Below, one piece after another: positions 53,501 to 64,000 of a stretch of DNA of 64,000 nucleotides (its first letter is position 1; every line of letters begins with the position of its first letter). A program made the translations under genes and the position numbers. The notes beneath the pieces were generated by a model that saw only the letters and a program-made list of their open reading frames with translations, had not been told where the DNA came from and ran no database searches. Origin of the DNA: Botryllus schlosseri (Eukaryota); assembly GCA_051294905.1 (NCBI GenBank), contig CM119384.1, positions 5,394,001 through 5,458,000 of the forward strand, given 5' to 3'.

Positions 53501-56500
53501 GTGAATTGAATGCCTACCCTTAACCTCAAAGACACACGTTGATTTCGCTCGCAGAACTGGTTGTATCTGTAAAATGCGGAATGAGCAATTTCATTATGCC
53601 AATCCTCAAATGTGTGACCAATGTTAAAATAATTTCATTTAATCTTTGTGTAACGTATATTGACACGTGCACAACTGCACATACACACGACTGACACGAG
53701 AACCTGATGTTGGGTATGTAGGCTACCGATTTCGGCCACTTATGGTGCAAGAATTTAACTATCTAGTCGAGTGCGAAGATTGCCTATGCTGGAAATTGGC
53801 TGGCCTATTGACTTCAAAACTAGGTCAACTACCGGATTTCAGTGGAAATAAACATACAAAGTGCTCGCAAGCTCGTAACAAACGCAATTGCTTATATGAC
53901 TTTAGTGGAAGACTTTCATTAACTGCTCTTCTCGCTACTGTCAAGGTTATTAATTGCCAAATGCCATTTATTGATGTGCTGTGACTCAGATAGATGTTGT
54001 ACGCATATGCCCGGTGCCCACTGTGTTTGTATTGATATACTAACATCCATGGACCTTTTCTCTTTTTAATTGGCTCGTATATTGCCTGTATGAAATGGGA
54101 TTTATCGGGGACGAATGAGCAATTGACCATATAATACGGTCACTTGGTGGGCATTTATATGAATAGTCGATGAGAAGGAAAATGTAATGTGCGGAAAAGA
54201 CAAAAGACTTACACACAACCTAGGAACCTTTGCAAATCTGTAATTGATGAATCTGGCACACAAGTGACCAGAATATTCTAACATCGACTTGAGTTCCTTG
54301 GCCCTGATTCAAGATTATCAAATTCAAATTGAACGAAATAAATCATGGCCACGTAATAAACACTCGAGATTGGAGCAGACTAGCATTGAACAAACCGCTG
54401 ACGGCACTTCAAAGTCGGCAAGTGATCGTGCATCAAGTCTCTTGTCATTTCAATATACTGTTTTACCCGGTGTGTATATCGCTGATGGCTATTTCTCATC
54501 TAATTGACATCAATAATCGACATAGCTAATACGTTTGACGGATTACAACCGGCTAATGATAGCACGTCGATACGTATTTTCTGCCTAGTACCACCTCTCG
54601 GCAACCGGATGAGTACTTCGAATATGGTTTTGATGAGCGGTTGTTCATTTAACGTCCCGCCAAGCAGGGATTATGACCTCGGTGAAGTATCTGTAACACC
54701 GGGACCGGGCACGTTCTGTTGCGTTGAGATAATGAAGATTAATCATGTGGATTTTATGTCATATTGAAGCCATGGCGACTGTTGGTGTTGATCTTCGCAA
54801 CTGGCCGAGCCTGAGTGTTAATTGCTTAGTATATTGACATTGTCTTTGTTGTAACGTATTATCAGTATTGTTTAAAAGATTAATACGATGTCCCTTTTTG
54901 AGGGATAAGTATGCTTGCGAATCAGCTGAGTGTAACAAGCTGTACTCTTTTGATAGTTGTTTCAAATTTGTCACTGCAGGTCTAATGTCTATCTCTAGTT
55001 AATTAACAAACTCCTTCGCAGTGTGCTTTTACACCTTGCTCAGTAAACAATTAGGGAAAAAACGCTTACCTTGACTTCAACTAAGTGTGTCATGATTAAT
55101 TAGTGTGTGTAAGCCTACTGACTTGTCTCGATCTTGCATCATAACAGATTGAGGTCTTGAAGTAGCTCTGATCCCGATTTCTTGAAGCAAGGCCTGTTAT
55201 TTTGAGTGAATTCTGATTCCTGCTGAAATTAACGATGTTAGGAATGCGAAACGTTTCTTTATATATGTTGTTACATAATGTACATGGAGCAAAGTAATGG
55301 ATGGCCTCAGGTGTTGGTGTTTTTATGGATTAACGTACTGCTCAATGCAACTGATCCTTTGATTTATGCACAAGTCATTACTGTATAATGTATATAGCTA
55401 TTTGTAAATAACTCCGTATGATTCCAGGCCCGAGTTTTGAAGCGAGTGCAATTGGAGCAGCCCGAGTCTGTGTCGGCTCAGAAAGAGCTTGCTGCCAACA
55501 TTTGCTGCAAGCTGGCTGATCACGAGTATGACAGGAATAAGGACAAAGATCAAGCTATCAAGTTTTATAAGGAAGCTCTGATTTACTGTGATAACGATGT
55601 TCAGGTGAGTGAATTTGGCGTAAAATGAAATTCACTTGCGTATGGGCCATTCACAACTAATTAAAACTCTTTAATCTGGATCATATTGTGTACAATCGGG
55701 GCCCGTGTGTGTAATTGGTCTTTGTAATGTTTTTAATGTTTGCTTACTGAAAAAAGCGCCATTACCCATATTGTTTTACCTGCCATAGCACCATCTCAGT
55801 GGTGTTAGGCTATGGTAACTTACTTGAGTTTACATAAGGAAATCCACCTATTTGCATCAGGAATAACATATCTGTAACATAACTTGCTTAGAAATATCTA
55901 AAATGTTGCCGAATAGACAAAAAGAGTTTATTTCCACAAAATAAGTGAAAATGTGTCATCAAGCTGGTCACATATACAGTCGTATAAAGGTCTTTGAAAT
56001 ATTATTAAAACTATAAATATATGTTGTAAAAAAGTATAATTCAATGACATCTATAGCAGTGTATGTGAATATAATATACACTTCGCTTGTAATAACTTTT
56101 CTACTCAAGGCAACGAAAATAGCATTCTTTGACCTCTGTTTCAATCGATATGTTGGTTTGTTTTCAGGCTCTGCTCCAAATAGCAAAGCTTTTTCTGCAG
56201 AGTGGCGATCTGGACATGTGCCAACAGTACTGCATGCAGATCCTAAAGCAAGTCGAAACGACGGGACATAGCGAAGCCAGTATGGTCAGTAAATGTGGAT
56301 TTCGATCAAAATGTCCCATCTTGTCGCCTAAACACCGTGTTCCAGAGAGATGTAGCAATGGCTTTCTTTTCTACGGCAGATGATGGCTGACATTATGTTC
56401 CGTAAAAACTCCTACGACGAAGCGATATATCATTATCAAAAGCTGTTGGAGGCCAAGCCGGACTATTACGAAGCCCTGGCGAGGCTTATCGGCCTGCTGC

Positions 56501-59500
56501 GGAGGTCCGGCAGGCTCGAGGACGCTCCCGGGTACTTGGGCATTACCGAAAAATCCGATGACGAGAAAGTAACCGGCGATGACATGTTCAATTCTAAATC
56601 TGGGACTTCCAATGATCCCGGGTATCATTTCTGTAGAGGATTGTACGAATGGTTAGTATGTTTGCTTTGAAGCCACTATATCTGCTCTCTGACCATCAAG
56701 ACCCAGTGAATACTACGGTATTATTACCCAACTGAGTTTAGGCTGCTAATGCAGATTTACCCTCGCACAAGGGTGAGTTGCGACAAGCTTAATTGACCAT
56801 TAAGTTTAAATTTACTGTCGATACTAGGACCCCAAAACTTTGACGTTGAAAATAACAATTCAAATCCAGAGGGGGTCAGTAACGAAGCACGGCTGTTTTT
56901 TTGGAGTGCTCAAATCGTTACGTATTTAGGCTACTTCCCTCCTACCTACCTTCGATTAACTGGGAAAAGTATGTTAACAATTGACCAAAACTACTCTTTG
57001 AAAGTGCTTAGAGTAATTTTAGCATGCCTTGGCAATCGATGCTGTTACTTGTAATTAAGTAGATTTACGACCTTGCTTGTGCATCTACTTAGCACCAACG
57101 CGGACTATTTTGACCAACTCGTCTCAAATACCACCGAAACGTATATTGACGGTGTGGTTCAGGGGTCTCAAACACACGTAATGTGCGGCCGACTACAGAT
57201 GCAAGTGCAGAAACTATATTTGAAAATGTAGAAGGCGTGAATCGCTTCCCAGTAAATCATATTTTCACGGCGGGTGTGGAATATCATTCCGCAAGGTCCT
57301 GTCAAAGAATGCCTACTTAGAAATACATTGAATATCCCTATTATTGATGCTGCAGCGCTTAGCGTCAGCAAAACCTAGGAAATTGGCCCGTGAGCAAATT
57401 TGAGTGTGAGACCTCTGGTGTAATTGATGATACGCGGTCAGAAACCAGAATCGATAAAGAATCTGGATGTTTTTGTTCGCAGTGATGAGAAATATCTCAA
57501 AGTGTTGACTTTGATCACGTTGATATTTGCCACAGGTACAGCGGTAGAGCGAAGGAAGCGTTGCAGTCGTTCAACATCGCACGTCGAGATGCCGACTGGG
57601 GGGAGAGGGCCGTCGAAAACATGATTAAAATTTGCCTGAACCCAGATCAAGACACTGTCGGTGGAGAGGTGTTGGAAAATGTCGACAACGGGTGAGTGCA
57701 TGCAGACCAAGTTTTACGAGCACAAAGGCAAATCTGGCCTCTGTCATTTAGGGCTATCGTACGGACTTATTCGCGGATTGAGACACCGTCTCATTGGTTT
57801 TTTCTTGTCCATATTGGAATATACCGGATTGTTTTCGGCTGACTCTTGTCAGGGGTAATCGTCAGCAACTGGTAGAGAATTCAAAAGAACTTTGACGTTG
57901 ATATTATGATTGCCCCTGATGAGTGTCAGCCAAAAATATTCGTTTTTTTAAAAATATGAATATGTTATACCGTTGTATCCAGAATTTCTGTACCTCCAAA
58001 GAGTCTTCAAACACTTTACATTCTACGTGCAGTCTTTTACATCGACCCCTACCACGGCGTTGTGTCTGAATATTCAGGAACAACGAAAAACTGTCTGCCG
58101 CAGAAGCCGGTGTGGCCACCGCGGAAAGACTGATGAAAGAACTCATGAAGACCCCGCCTTGTTCTCCCGCGGTCAAGTTGAGGAGGGAGATTCTCTCGAA
58201 ATACATCCAGCTCAGCAAGAGAAGGAGACCAGAGGTGGAAAGCGCGGTGACGGCTTTAGTTGATATTCTCAAAGACGAGGTGAGATTTGGAATTACATTG
58301 TAATTTGCTTTGAGACGGCGCTTGTGTGTGCTGTATTTCTATTGTTGGGTTTTCCTCAGCGGGTTCGATTCCATAAACCACCGTTCTTCACCTCACCCGG
58401 TATCTGCATGCTAATAGTAACTAACGCATTGATCAAGGATGGGCAATTATTTTCCTCCGTGGGCCAAATCAGAAGTAGAAAATACGTTGGCGGGCCGAGT
58501 GAAAATTTTTAGCTATATTCTGCAGCTTATTTTAATCTTCTTATTAAATTACACCGTGAATAAATGCTGCTCAGTGAATGTGTTGATGTTAGGTGATGAG
58601 AAAGTGACGGTTAATTTAAAAAAAATATCTATTTGCCATCATGATTCGAAACAATTTAAACAATATACATTTTAACGCTTTAAACCCCTATTCACGTTCT
58701 TCTATTAAGACTCGAAAACAGTGGTTCTCAAACTTTTTAGGCTCGCCTTCCTTTGTGATAGTGAAAAATTTCTCGCCCCCTTATCATGATATCACAAAAT
58801 ATTAAAACTGCAACCACAATGCTAGCAATCCCAGCGAAAAGTTTGTGGCATGGACGGCTATGGCTGTTGATGAGAGAATTCTCAAGTATGAAAGTAGGAG
58901 AATACACGGTTCTATATATCCCTGATTGACTTGTTTTACTAATTTGGGATTTGGAAACGCATCACACAACAATTTGAAATACATGCCGTATAATTTTTAA
59001 CGTGACAATGGCAACAAAGAAGGTTTGAACTAAACTGTATGGAAAGAGTGATTTCTTGTGAATTTAATTGCTACTCATACTTTGCCGCATTGCCCTTATT
59101 TTGAATCTGGATTATGCAGGGGCCGGTGTAATCGTGCCATATTAATGAACAGGCTTCAAAGTAAATGAATTTCCTGTTGAGTTGATACAGCCTATGGCGT
59201 TAGTCATTCAAAATATGATGTTAGGCCTTTCGCGGGCCGCACAGAATAGCTTCGCGGGCCGCACTTTGCCCAGGGTGGCATTGATGGTTTAACAATAATT
59301 TCAGCAAAGAATCTTCTAGGTACGGTACTTCAGTATCAGTATACAACTGAATAGTATATTCATATTGAAATAGACCCAAATATTTTTGGCCAACTCTTGT
59401 AAGGGGTAATCGTCAGCAACTAGTGGAGAATGGAAGAGAACATTGTATGTGATAGTTGATATATAATGTTCTCCCTGATCAGTGTCAGCTGAAAATATTC

Positions 59501-62500
59501 GAGTTTATTTCAACGTATATATATTTATCAGGTTCAGCAAAGTACCTCTGAAGGTGTCGCTATAATTGTAAAAAATAATATTGCCGTACCAAAGTTTATG
59601 GAATTCGATTCTAAATGCAGGAGCTATCGGGAATGCACTTTTGAGACTTTCAAGATCTTTATCGTCATAATATAAGTCGGATAATTTTGTTATTGTCTAT
59701 GCTAGCCGACGGATAAAAATTTGGGAGAATCTTAATGAATAATTCATTGACGACACTGCGATAACACGACGAATCTGTATTCGCATCCAGTTTCCATTAT
59801 CGAATTACAGCACTATCGCAGTGTCTGACAGCACTAAAGCAGTGTGCTGAACGCTATAGCAACCGTGCCTAATCAGACGCCACTTTCTCAACCGAGAATT
59901 TGTTTTCACTAGATAAGGCAGCAACGAGCACTACCTTTTTACAACAGCTCGTACATTCATAGCCGCCATCCCGGTATAATATTACCATTTAATCACCGTT
60001 ATCTAGAATCAGATATGCGCTAATGCATTTATAATTTCTCTGTAGCGAGATAGTATCCAGTGTCAACTCTCAATGGCGGTGGCGTTTCAAATTCTGAAGC
60101 AGACGCCGAAAGCCAGGAACCAACTGAAAAGAATTTCTAAGGTGAGCGCTCGCGAATGCGTTATGCGGTTGTCTCTCCCGCACTAACCTCTTTTTTGTTA
60201 TTTCATTTTTAATTGATGCAAATTTCATTTGCACTCAGCACCGACATTGACTAAGACGACTATAACAGATTATTTCTGCCTGCATTGTCCAACTAATTGC
60301 TTGAAAATGACCCTGTATGCCACTCTTTATTTGGTCTATTCAACGTATTTTTACAAATCATATTTACACACATGCCGATTTATCCTCACCCCCTACAATC
60401 TTGCTATACATTGTTGGGAGGGGGAGCCTAATTCCTATCGATAGATTAAAGGCAATTCTGTCAGCTTCTAACAGAATTCTGCGATACAGCATACATGGTT
60501 ATCACAGAATTATTGAAAATAGATTCTTGATGATTAATCGGAGGTGCGAACGAAAAATTCGATAATTTTAAGTTCTGAAATGGTATGTACTTCAAACGGG
60601 GAATGCTGAAACCAAGGTTTAAAAATGTCGCAAGGTTTTATGGGAGGAATCCTGTCTCCTGTTGCTATGACCTGAGTGGTTGTAGTTTGGAGCTAGAAGG
60701 GCTAGGACATTACCTGCCTATTCCTGTGTCTTTGAATGAGAGAACTACACCGTAACGCCTCTTACTTCATCAAGTAAATGACATTCGACACAGTTATTTA
60801 CTCCATCAACTGAATGAATTATGGCACACTATTTCAGCCTGCCTGGACGTGGAGACGGCTTGCCAAGAGTCATCCATGATGGTAATCATTGTTTGCGTTA
60901 CGGTCGAAATGTACTTCAAACGAGGCGTGCTTGGAAATCAGACTGTTGCTCCTCTCAAGATTGCCATAATTTAGGTGTTTTGAATTTAAGAACACGGCAC
61001 AATTGCAAGATGCATCTTCGTGACTAACACGAAATGACTAATCAGTACGATCTTCAAAGATATTTACATGTACCGTGATATGGGGACTATTTGATGTGAT
61101 TTTTTCGACATTTTTACGCATAAAAAGGATCCAGACTTGTGACAAAACTACTCTCTACATTTCAAAATGCAAAGCGGAAAAATGCCTAGAAATCTGTTCA
61201 AGTCAACTTAGCCTGCCCTAAAATATAACCACTTGAGTAGGAGTGCAATTAGGAAAAACCTAATTGATTGCGATACTGGTAATGTACTCCAAAACAGTGA
61301 CCACCTCTGCCACTGACACACATCCGATGACCCGGACACAAAATTTACAGCATAGTCGTAATTGTTTGTCTTCTGGCTGAGCTGTATTTCGTTAGTTAGC
61401 TGTAATTTGGCTGTTATGCATTGACACCATATTCTTGGGAACGATCTGCTCCAATAATTTCAATTTTGGGAGTGTTAGTTTTTATGGTGGGGTGATGCCT
61501 GTTAAATTACTCAGCGTGACACTGCTTCAAGTGAGTGAATACGGAATATGCACAAAAACGGTGTCTTTAGGTCAAACCAAATGGCTTAAATCGCGTGATG
61601 CCATCAAATCTGCCGTAACATTGGTATTTTAGATCACATGCATTTCTGAACACTTGCCAGCATTGATAAAATGCATCTTTCTCTTTCCAAAATGTCCTTT
61701 TTTTCTGGTATTCCACCCCATTTTAGAACTTCTGTTTCAGGAATCTCTGAATTCTCCCAAATTCAGATGTAATTTAGTCGATGCTAAATTTTTATCGCAG
61801 ATTTTAATGCCACAATAAACCATGATGGAAGAGACATCAGTAACCTGCGACCTACATCTATGCTAGTAGTAGCAATGACGTTATAGTCAAGCTTAATCGT
61901 AAGGATACGGTAGCTGAAAAACCGCGGACTGTAAAGAATTATATGACAATTGGTTATGATCACAATATGACGTCACCATTATGATGATCACAATTTCTAA
62001 TAGCATGTCCTAGATTCCATGTATTAAGGCATGGACAAAGTCACTTCAGTATTTTGCATATAGAAATTATTTCATATTGTGCTAGACAGTCTCTCTTGTA
62101 TGTCTATGTAAAATAGATATCCACTATCCACTCAGGCACAAATTAAACCACAATTGCAGTGGCTTAAAAGAACTATCGTACTTACAAGGGACAAAACGAA
62201 CTTATGTCCTTGCTGTAGATGCAGTGGAATCTGGAAGATGGTGATGATTTTGAACACGCTTGGCTGCTCTTGGCGGATTTGTTCATTTCTGCGGGGAAAT
62301 ACGAACAGGCCACCGACTTGCTGAAGAAATGCATCCAACATAATAAGGTGACTGCTGCCATCTTCTTGGCTGTAAGACCAAACAAACTCCAAACGTCAGA
62401 TGTTCTTGTGATTTGATACATCCAAATTCATTAATTCCACTTTGCTCGGAAGCAGAAGTAAGAGGTAGACCTACGTCACAAAAGCTACTGTTGGATCATG

Positions 62501-63412
62501 AAAGGTCATGAGATTGGATATTTGTAGTGTTCAACTCTCTAGTATGACTTGGTTGGCAGCATATTTTAGATTTTGCTCAAGACCCACTGATGTCGACTAC
62601 TTCATTTTGATCTAAAAGCAAGGTTTTGAACCAAAATCAAGGTGTATGTGGAATTTGTTAGACACATTATCACAGTACATGCGGCAAGTGTGGGACCCAC
62701 AAAAAGGATAAAAATTTTCCCTATCCAAAAATTGTTTGTTGACTGAAAAAGTGAGTTTTGTATACAAAATTTTGATGCGCGAAGCAGGGTTGTAACCAAG
62801 TCGCAAGGCTCGGAGTCACAAGTCAATCTCACTTTTATAGTTTTGACTCGAGTCAAGTCAAGTCATTTTTGATTTACCTCCGAGTCAAGTCCGAGTCCAA
62901 GTCTTTGCGTTGACTGCTCAGTTTCAAGTTAAATCCAGTTTTTACAACTCTGTTTGGTGATGTCCAATGGTAGCATTTAAAATATACTAACTTCCCGCAA
63001 TTTCAACAGTTTCTGGTCACATTTTCAAGTACCAGTACCAATCGGCGAAATACCAACATTGTGGATACTTAACTATTTTTCGAACTTACAATGAAATGTC
63101 CGTCTTGGCCGTCTGAGACTCGAGTCATTACAACCCTGGTGCAAAGTGCAGTAATTGCTCTGCAAGAGAGTTTAATCACGGTCTTCCGAATTTTGGCTTG
63201 CTTTGGTCATTTTGCATTTACCACTGCTGACTTCCCACGTCGTGTACTGGTACTGGTGCTCTCTGAAATGATGAACTGCATTCTCTTTCAGTCGTGTTGC
63301 AAGGCGTTTGAATATCTCGGACACATCCAGGAGAAAGAGCAGTCCTATAACGAGGCCGCCAAGAGCTATCAAAAGGCTTGGCTATATGGAAATTGCAGCA
63401 ATCCCAGCATCG
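29551..63412 (+). CDS. TTC21B: Tetratricopeptide repeat protein 21B / IFT139 (IFT-A), 30 coding exons visible; last exon beyond the window
   Basis: Exons (+): 29551-29577, 30978-31107, 33540-33650, 33960-34126, 34594-34724, 34790-34942, 35712-35826, 36488-36556, 36614-36730, 38676-38876, 39917-40024, 40173-40265, 40846-40975, 42623-42780, 43817-43958, 44502-44584, 44748-44807, 45190-45368, 47252-47324, 47382-47492, 50491-50610, 51018-51167, 55428-55604, 56168-56284, 56380-56651, 57536-57691, 58078-58279, 60046-60141, 62219-62347, 63292-63412. All GT-AG, phases consistent, about 1300 codons colinear with recalled human TTC21B ([49 protein letters not shown]). Confidence 0.95.
29750..30724. mobile_element. 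hAT-type MITE with GAGTCAAGTC arrays (975 bp)
   Basis: TIR CAGTGTTGGGAT / ATCCCAACACTG; perfect 8-bp TSD GTGTCCAA (29742-29749, 30725-30732). A related left end lies at about 16296-16760. Confidence 0.9.
31480..31938. mobile_element. MITE with CAGAGGTGGTCA TIRs (hAT-like)
   Basis: CAGAGGTGGTCA / TGACGACCTCTG; flanks TAATTAAC vs TAATTACT (6/8), consistent with a decayed 8-bp TSD. Confidence 0.8.
35045..35210. mobile_element. Head-to-head inverted pair of PLE tails; + copy has an intact hammerhead core (35161-35194)
   Basis: The minus copy (about 35045-35137, G12A) abuts a plus copy reading ACCC-CTGACGA-GTGTCAGCC-GAAA-AGAT-TC-GGGT. Confidence 0.8.
36766..37361. mobile_element. Palindromic MITE, CAT...ATG termini, 7-bp TSD (P-superfamily-like)
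   Basis: Long inverted arms (GTGTCCTATATGGTGTCGACACAGGCAAATCTCA...); flanks GTGTAAT / GTGTACT (6/7). Second copy at 46378-47003. Confidence 0.8.
38405..38590. mobile_element. Degenerate inverted pair of PLE tails
   Basis: ...GAATATTTTCAGCCGACATTTGTCAGGGG joined to CTGATGAGTGTCTACCAAAAATATTC...TTCTGTACCTTCAAGAG. Confidence 0.7.
41455..42063. mobile_element. Fully palindromic 609-bp hAT-type MITE
   Basis: About 295-bp near-perfect inverted arms starting TAGGGTTG; perfect 8-bp TSD GTGCACAG (41447-41454, 42064-42071). Confidence 0.9.
43460..43803 (+). mobile_element. 3' end of a CR1/L2-type LINE with AATAAA and (ATCT)n tail
   Basis: Translates to ...[37 protein letters not shown], resembling the SF-Y-GA--WNSLP C-terminal motif of CR1/L2 ORF2; ends AATAAATGAATCTATCTATCTATC. 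Confidence 0.7.
45371..45890. mobile_element. hAT-type MITE (GACTCGAGTC family) inserted at the TTC21B exon 18 donor
   Basis: Termini CAGGGTTCTAA / CTGCAACCCAG; perfect 8-bp TSD TTACAGGT (45363-45370, 45891-45898). Confidence 0.88.
45959..45984. repeat. (GT)13 microsatellite
   Basis: Read directly from the sequence. Confidence 0.95.
46378..47003. mobile_element. Palindromic MITE, CATAG...CTATG termini, 7-bp TSD (P-superfamily-like)
   Basis: Perfect 7-bp TSD GTAAGAG (46371-46377, 47004-47010); about 260-bp inverted arms; same family as 36766-37361. Confidence 0.85.
48476..50104. mobile_element. Non-autonomous hAT (Buster/Charlie-type) element containing the nested PLE insertion
   Basis: TIRs CGGGGGTGGGCAAAC / GTTTGCCCACCCCTG (1 mismatch). 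Perfect 8-bp TSD GATTAAAC (48468-48475, 50105-50112) with central TA. CGCGGGCCGC subterminal repeats. Confidence 0.88.
48758..49534 (-). mobile_element. Penelope-like element fragment: linker plus GIY-YIG endonuclease (one in-frame stop) and hammerhead-bearing 3' tail
   Basis: Translation ...[19 protein letters not shown]...[37 protein letters not shown]...SAIGQHL...[14 protein letters not shown]...KIVH* shows the GIY-YIG motif (VVY...YVG.T) typical of PLEs. TAG at 49254-49256; ORF stop at 48945. Hammerhead core on - strand at 48851-48818. Confidence 0.9.
50820..50945 (+). mobile_element. CR1/L2-type LINE ORF2 C-terminal fragment
   Basis: [33 protein letters not shown] resembles the same C-terminal LINE motif. 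Confidence 0.6.
52935..53436. mobile_element. hAT-type MITE (GACTCGAGTC family)
   Basis: Termini CAAGGTTGTAA / TTACAACCCTG; same internal sequence as 45371-45890; no TSD recognisable. Partial copies at about 39070-39230, 41130-41303 and 47630-48030. Confidence 0.8.
57825..58002. mobile_element. Inverted pair of PLE tails (cores mutated)
   Basis: Minus copy TTTTCGGCTGACTCTTGTCAGGGGTAATCGTCAGCAACTGGTAGAGAATT faces plus copy CCCCTGATGAGTGTCAGCCAAAAATATTCG...TTCTGTACCTCCAAAGAG. Confidence 0.75.
59310..59552. mobile_element. Inverted pair of PLE tails (cores mutated)
   Basis: Same head-to-head arrangement. The plus copy reads CCCTGATCAGTGTCAGCTGAAAATATTCG. Confidence 0.7.
62785..63138. mobile_element. 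hAT-type MITE (GACTCGAGTC family)
   Basis: Perfect termini CAGGGTTGTAA / TTACAACCCTG. Flanks GCGCGAAG vs GTGCAAAG fit an 8-bp TSD with two CpG-type changes. Confidence 0.85.
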
Positions 63413-63834
63413 GTATGATTTTGTGATCGTGCTGTGACTGAATAACGACTCAGGGAAAATTGATCAGCTGAATCAGCTGACTCCTGACATGACTTTGTCG
63501 CAGTATGTGCCGCAGTGCTGGTAGTCATAAATTTGGCTATTGAACCAGCTACTTATGCCGAGTAAATACACAATTTGATGTCTTAGCCTGATTGTGTCAT
63601 CGCTTATCTTGTGGTACTATTCATTTGACTATGCAATGAGTACATATACATGTATTGTACAGTGTACAATGTACAGAGAGAATACTATCGGTACCTTTTT
63701 TCTGTAGGGAAGAGAGATATGGGGAGTTTAAAGGTCATTTTTGTACCCACTATGTGATAAATTCTGCATTTATATGTAGAAGTTTGTATGTCATAGCCCA
63801 GCACATGCCCCCATAGGTTTTTGCCATGTATGGT

Positions 63835-63856
63835 GAGAGAGAGAGAGAGAGAGAGA
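63835..63856. repeat. (GA)11 microsatellite
   Basis: Read directly from the sequence. Confidence 0.95.
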
Positions 63857-64000
63857 CTGCACCATCGAGACGCTACGACGAAAGAGATGTGATACCACCA
63901 TTTTTTTCCTCCGTGGACGTGGACAACCATTGTTAAAAGCTGCTGTTCTACACTTATTATTCAAATTAACATCTTTTTCAGTCAATGTGAACGTTTTAGC

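Noticed and set aside
53500-55000. Several short ORFs in TTC21B intron 22 as a nested gene or transposase
   Set aside because: No coherent splice-phase model or recognisable domain. One short RYFTEVIIP stretch resembles hAT transposases but is too short to support a call; a tBLASTx search would be needed.

Overview
Eukaryotic (intron-rich, AT-rich metazoan; possibly an ascidian or other invertebrate, which is inference only) genomic DNA. I built four spliced genes exon by exon with consistent GT-AG phases: an LRRC74-like LRR gene (-, 141-7584), CFAP100/CCDC37 (-, 10041-19376), ANKRD42 (-, 21244-25962) and TTC21B/IFT139 (+, 29551 to beyond the window end, 30 exons seen). An intronless ZDHHC2/15/20-type palmitoyltransferase (+, 27101-28030) lies between ANKRD42 and TTC21B. 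The four spliced genes are cilium/flagellum associated, and RFX X-box-like motifs lie upstream of the three minus-strand genes. Introns are dense with non-autonomous DNA transposons (hAT-type with 8-bp TSDs; a palindromic family with 7-bp TSDs), LINE 3' ends and a tRNA-derived SINE. Main findings: (1) A dispersed repeat is the 3' end of a Penelope-like retroelement (GIY-YIG ORF end). It carries a minimal type I hammerhead ribozyme and recurs as head-to-head inverted pairs. (2) One such insertion has a 233-bp inverted duplication fused in frame to a 53-bp copy of a downstream TTC21B exon, nested inside a hAT element. (3) The ZDHHC keeps its catalytic D-H-C but has lost two of four ligands in each zinc finger (DHFC). 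(4) A hAT MITE inserted at a TTC21B splice donor and duplicated AG|GT. All family assignments come from my recall of protein and motif consensus; no database search was run.
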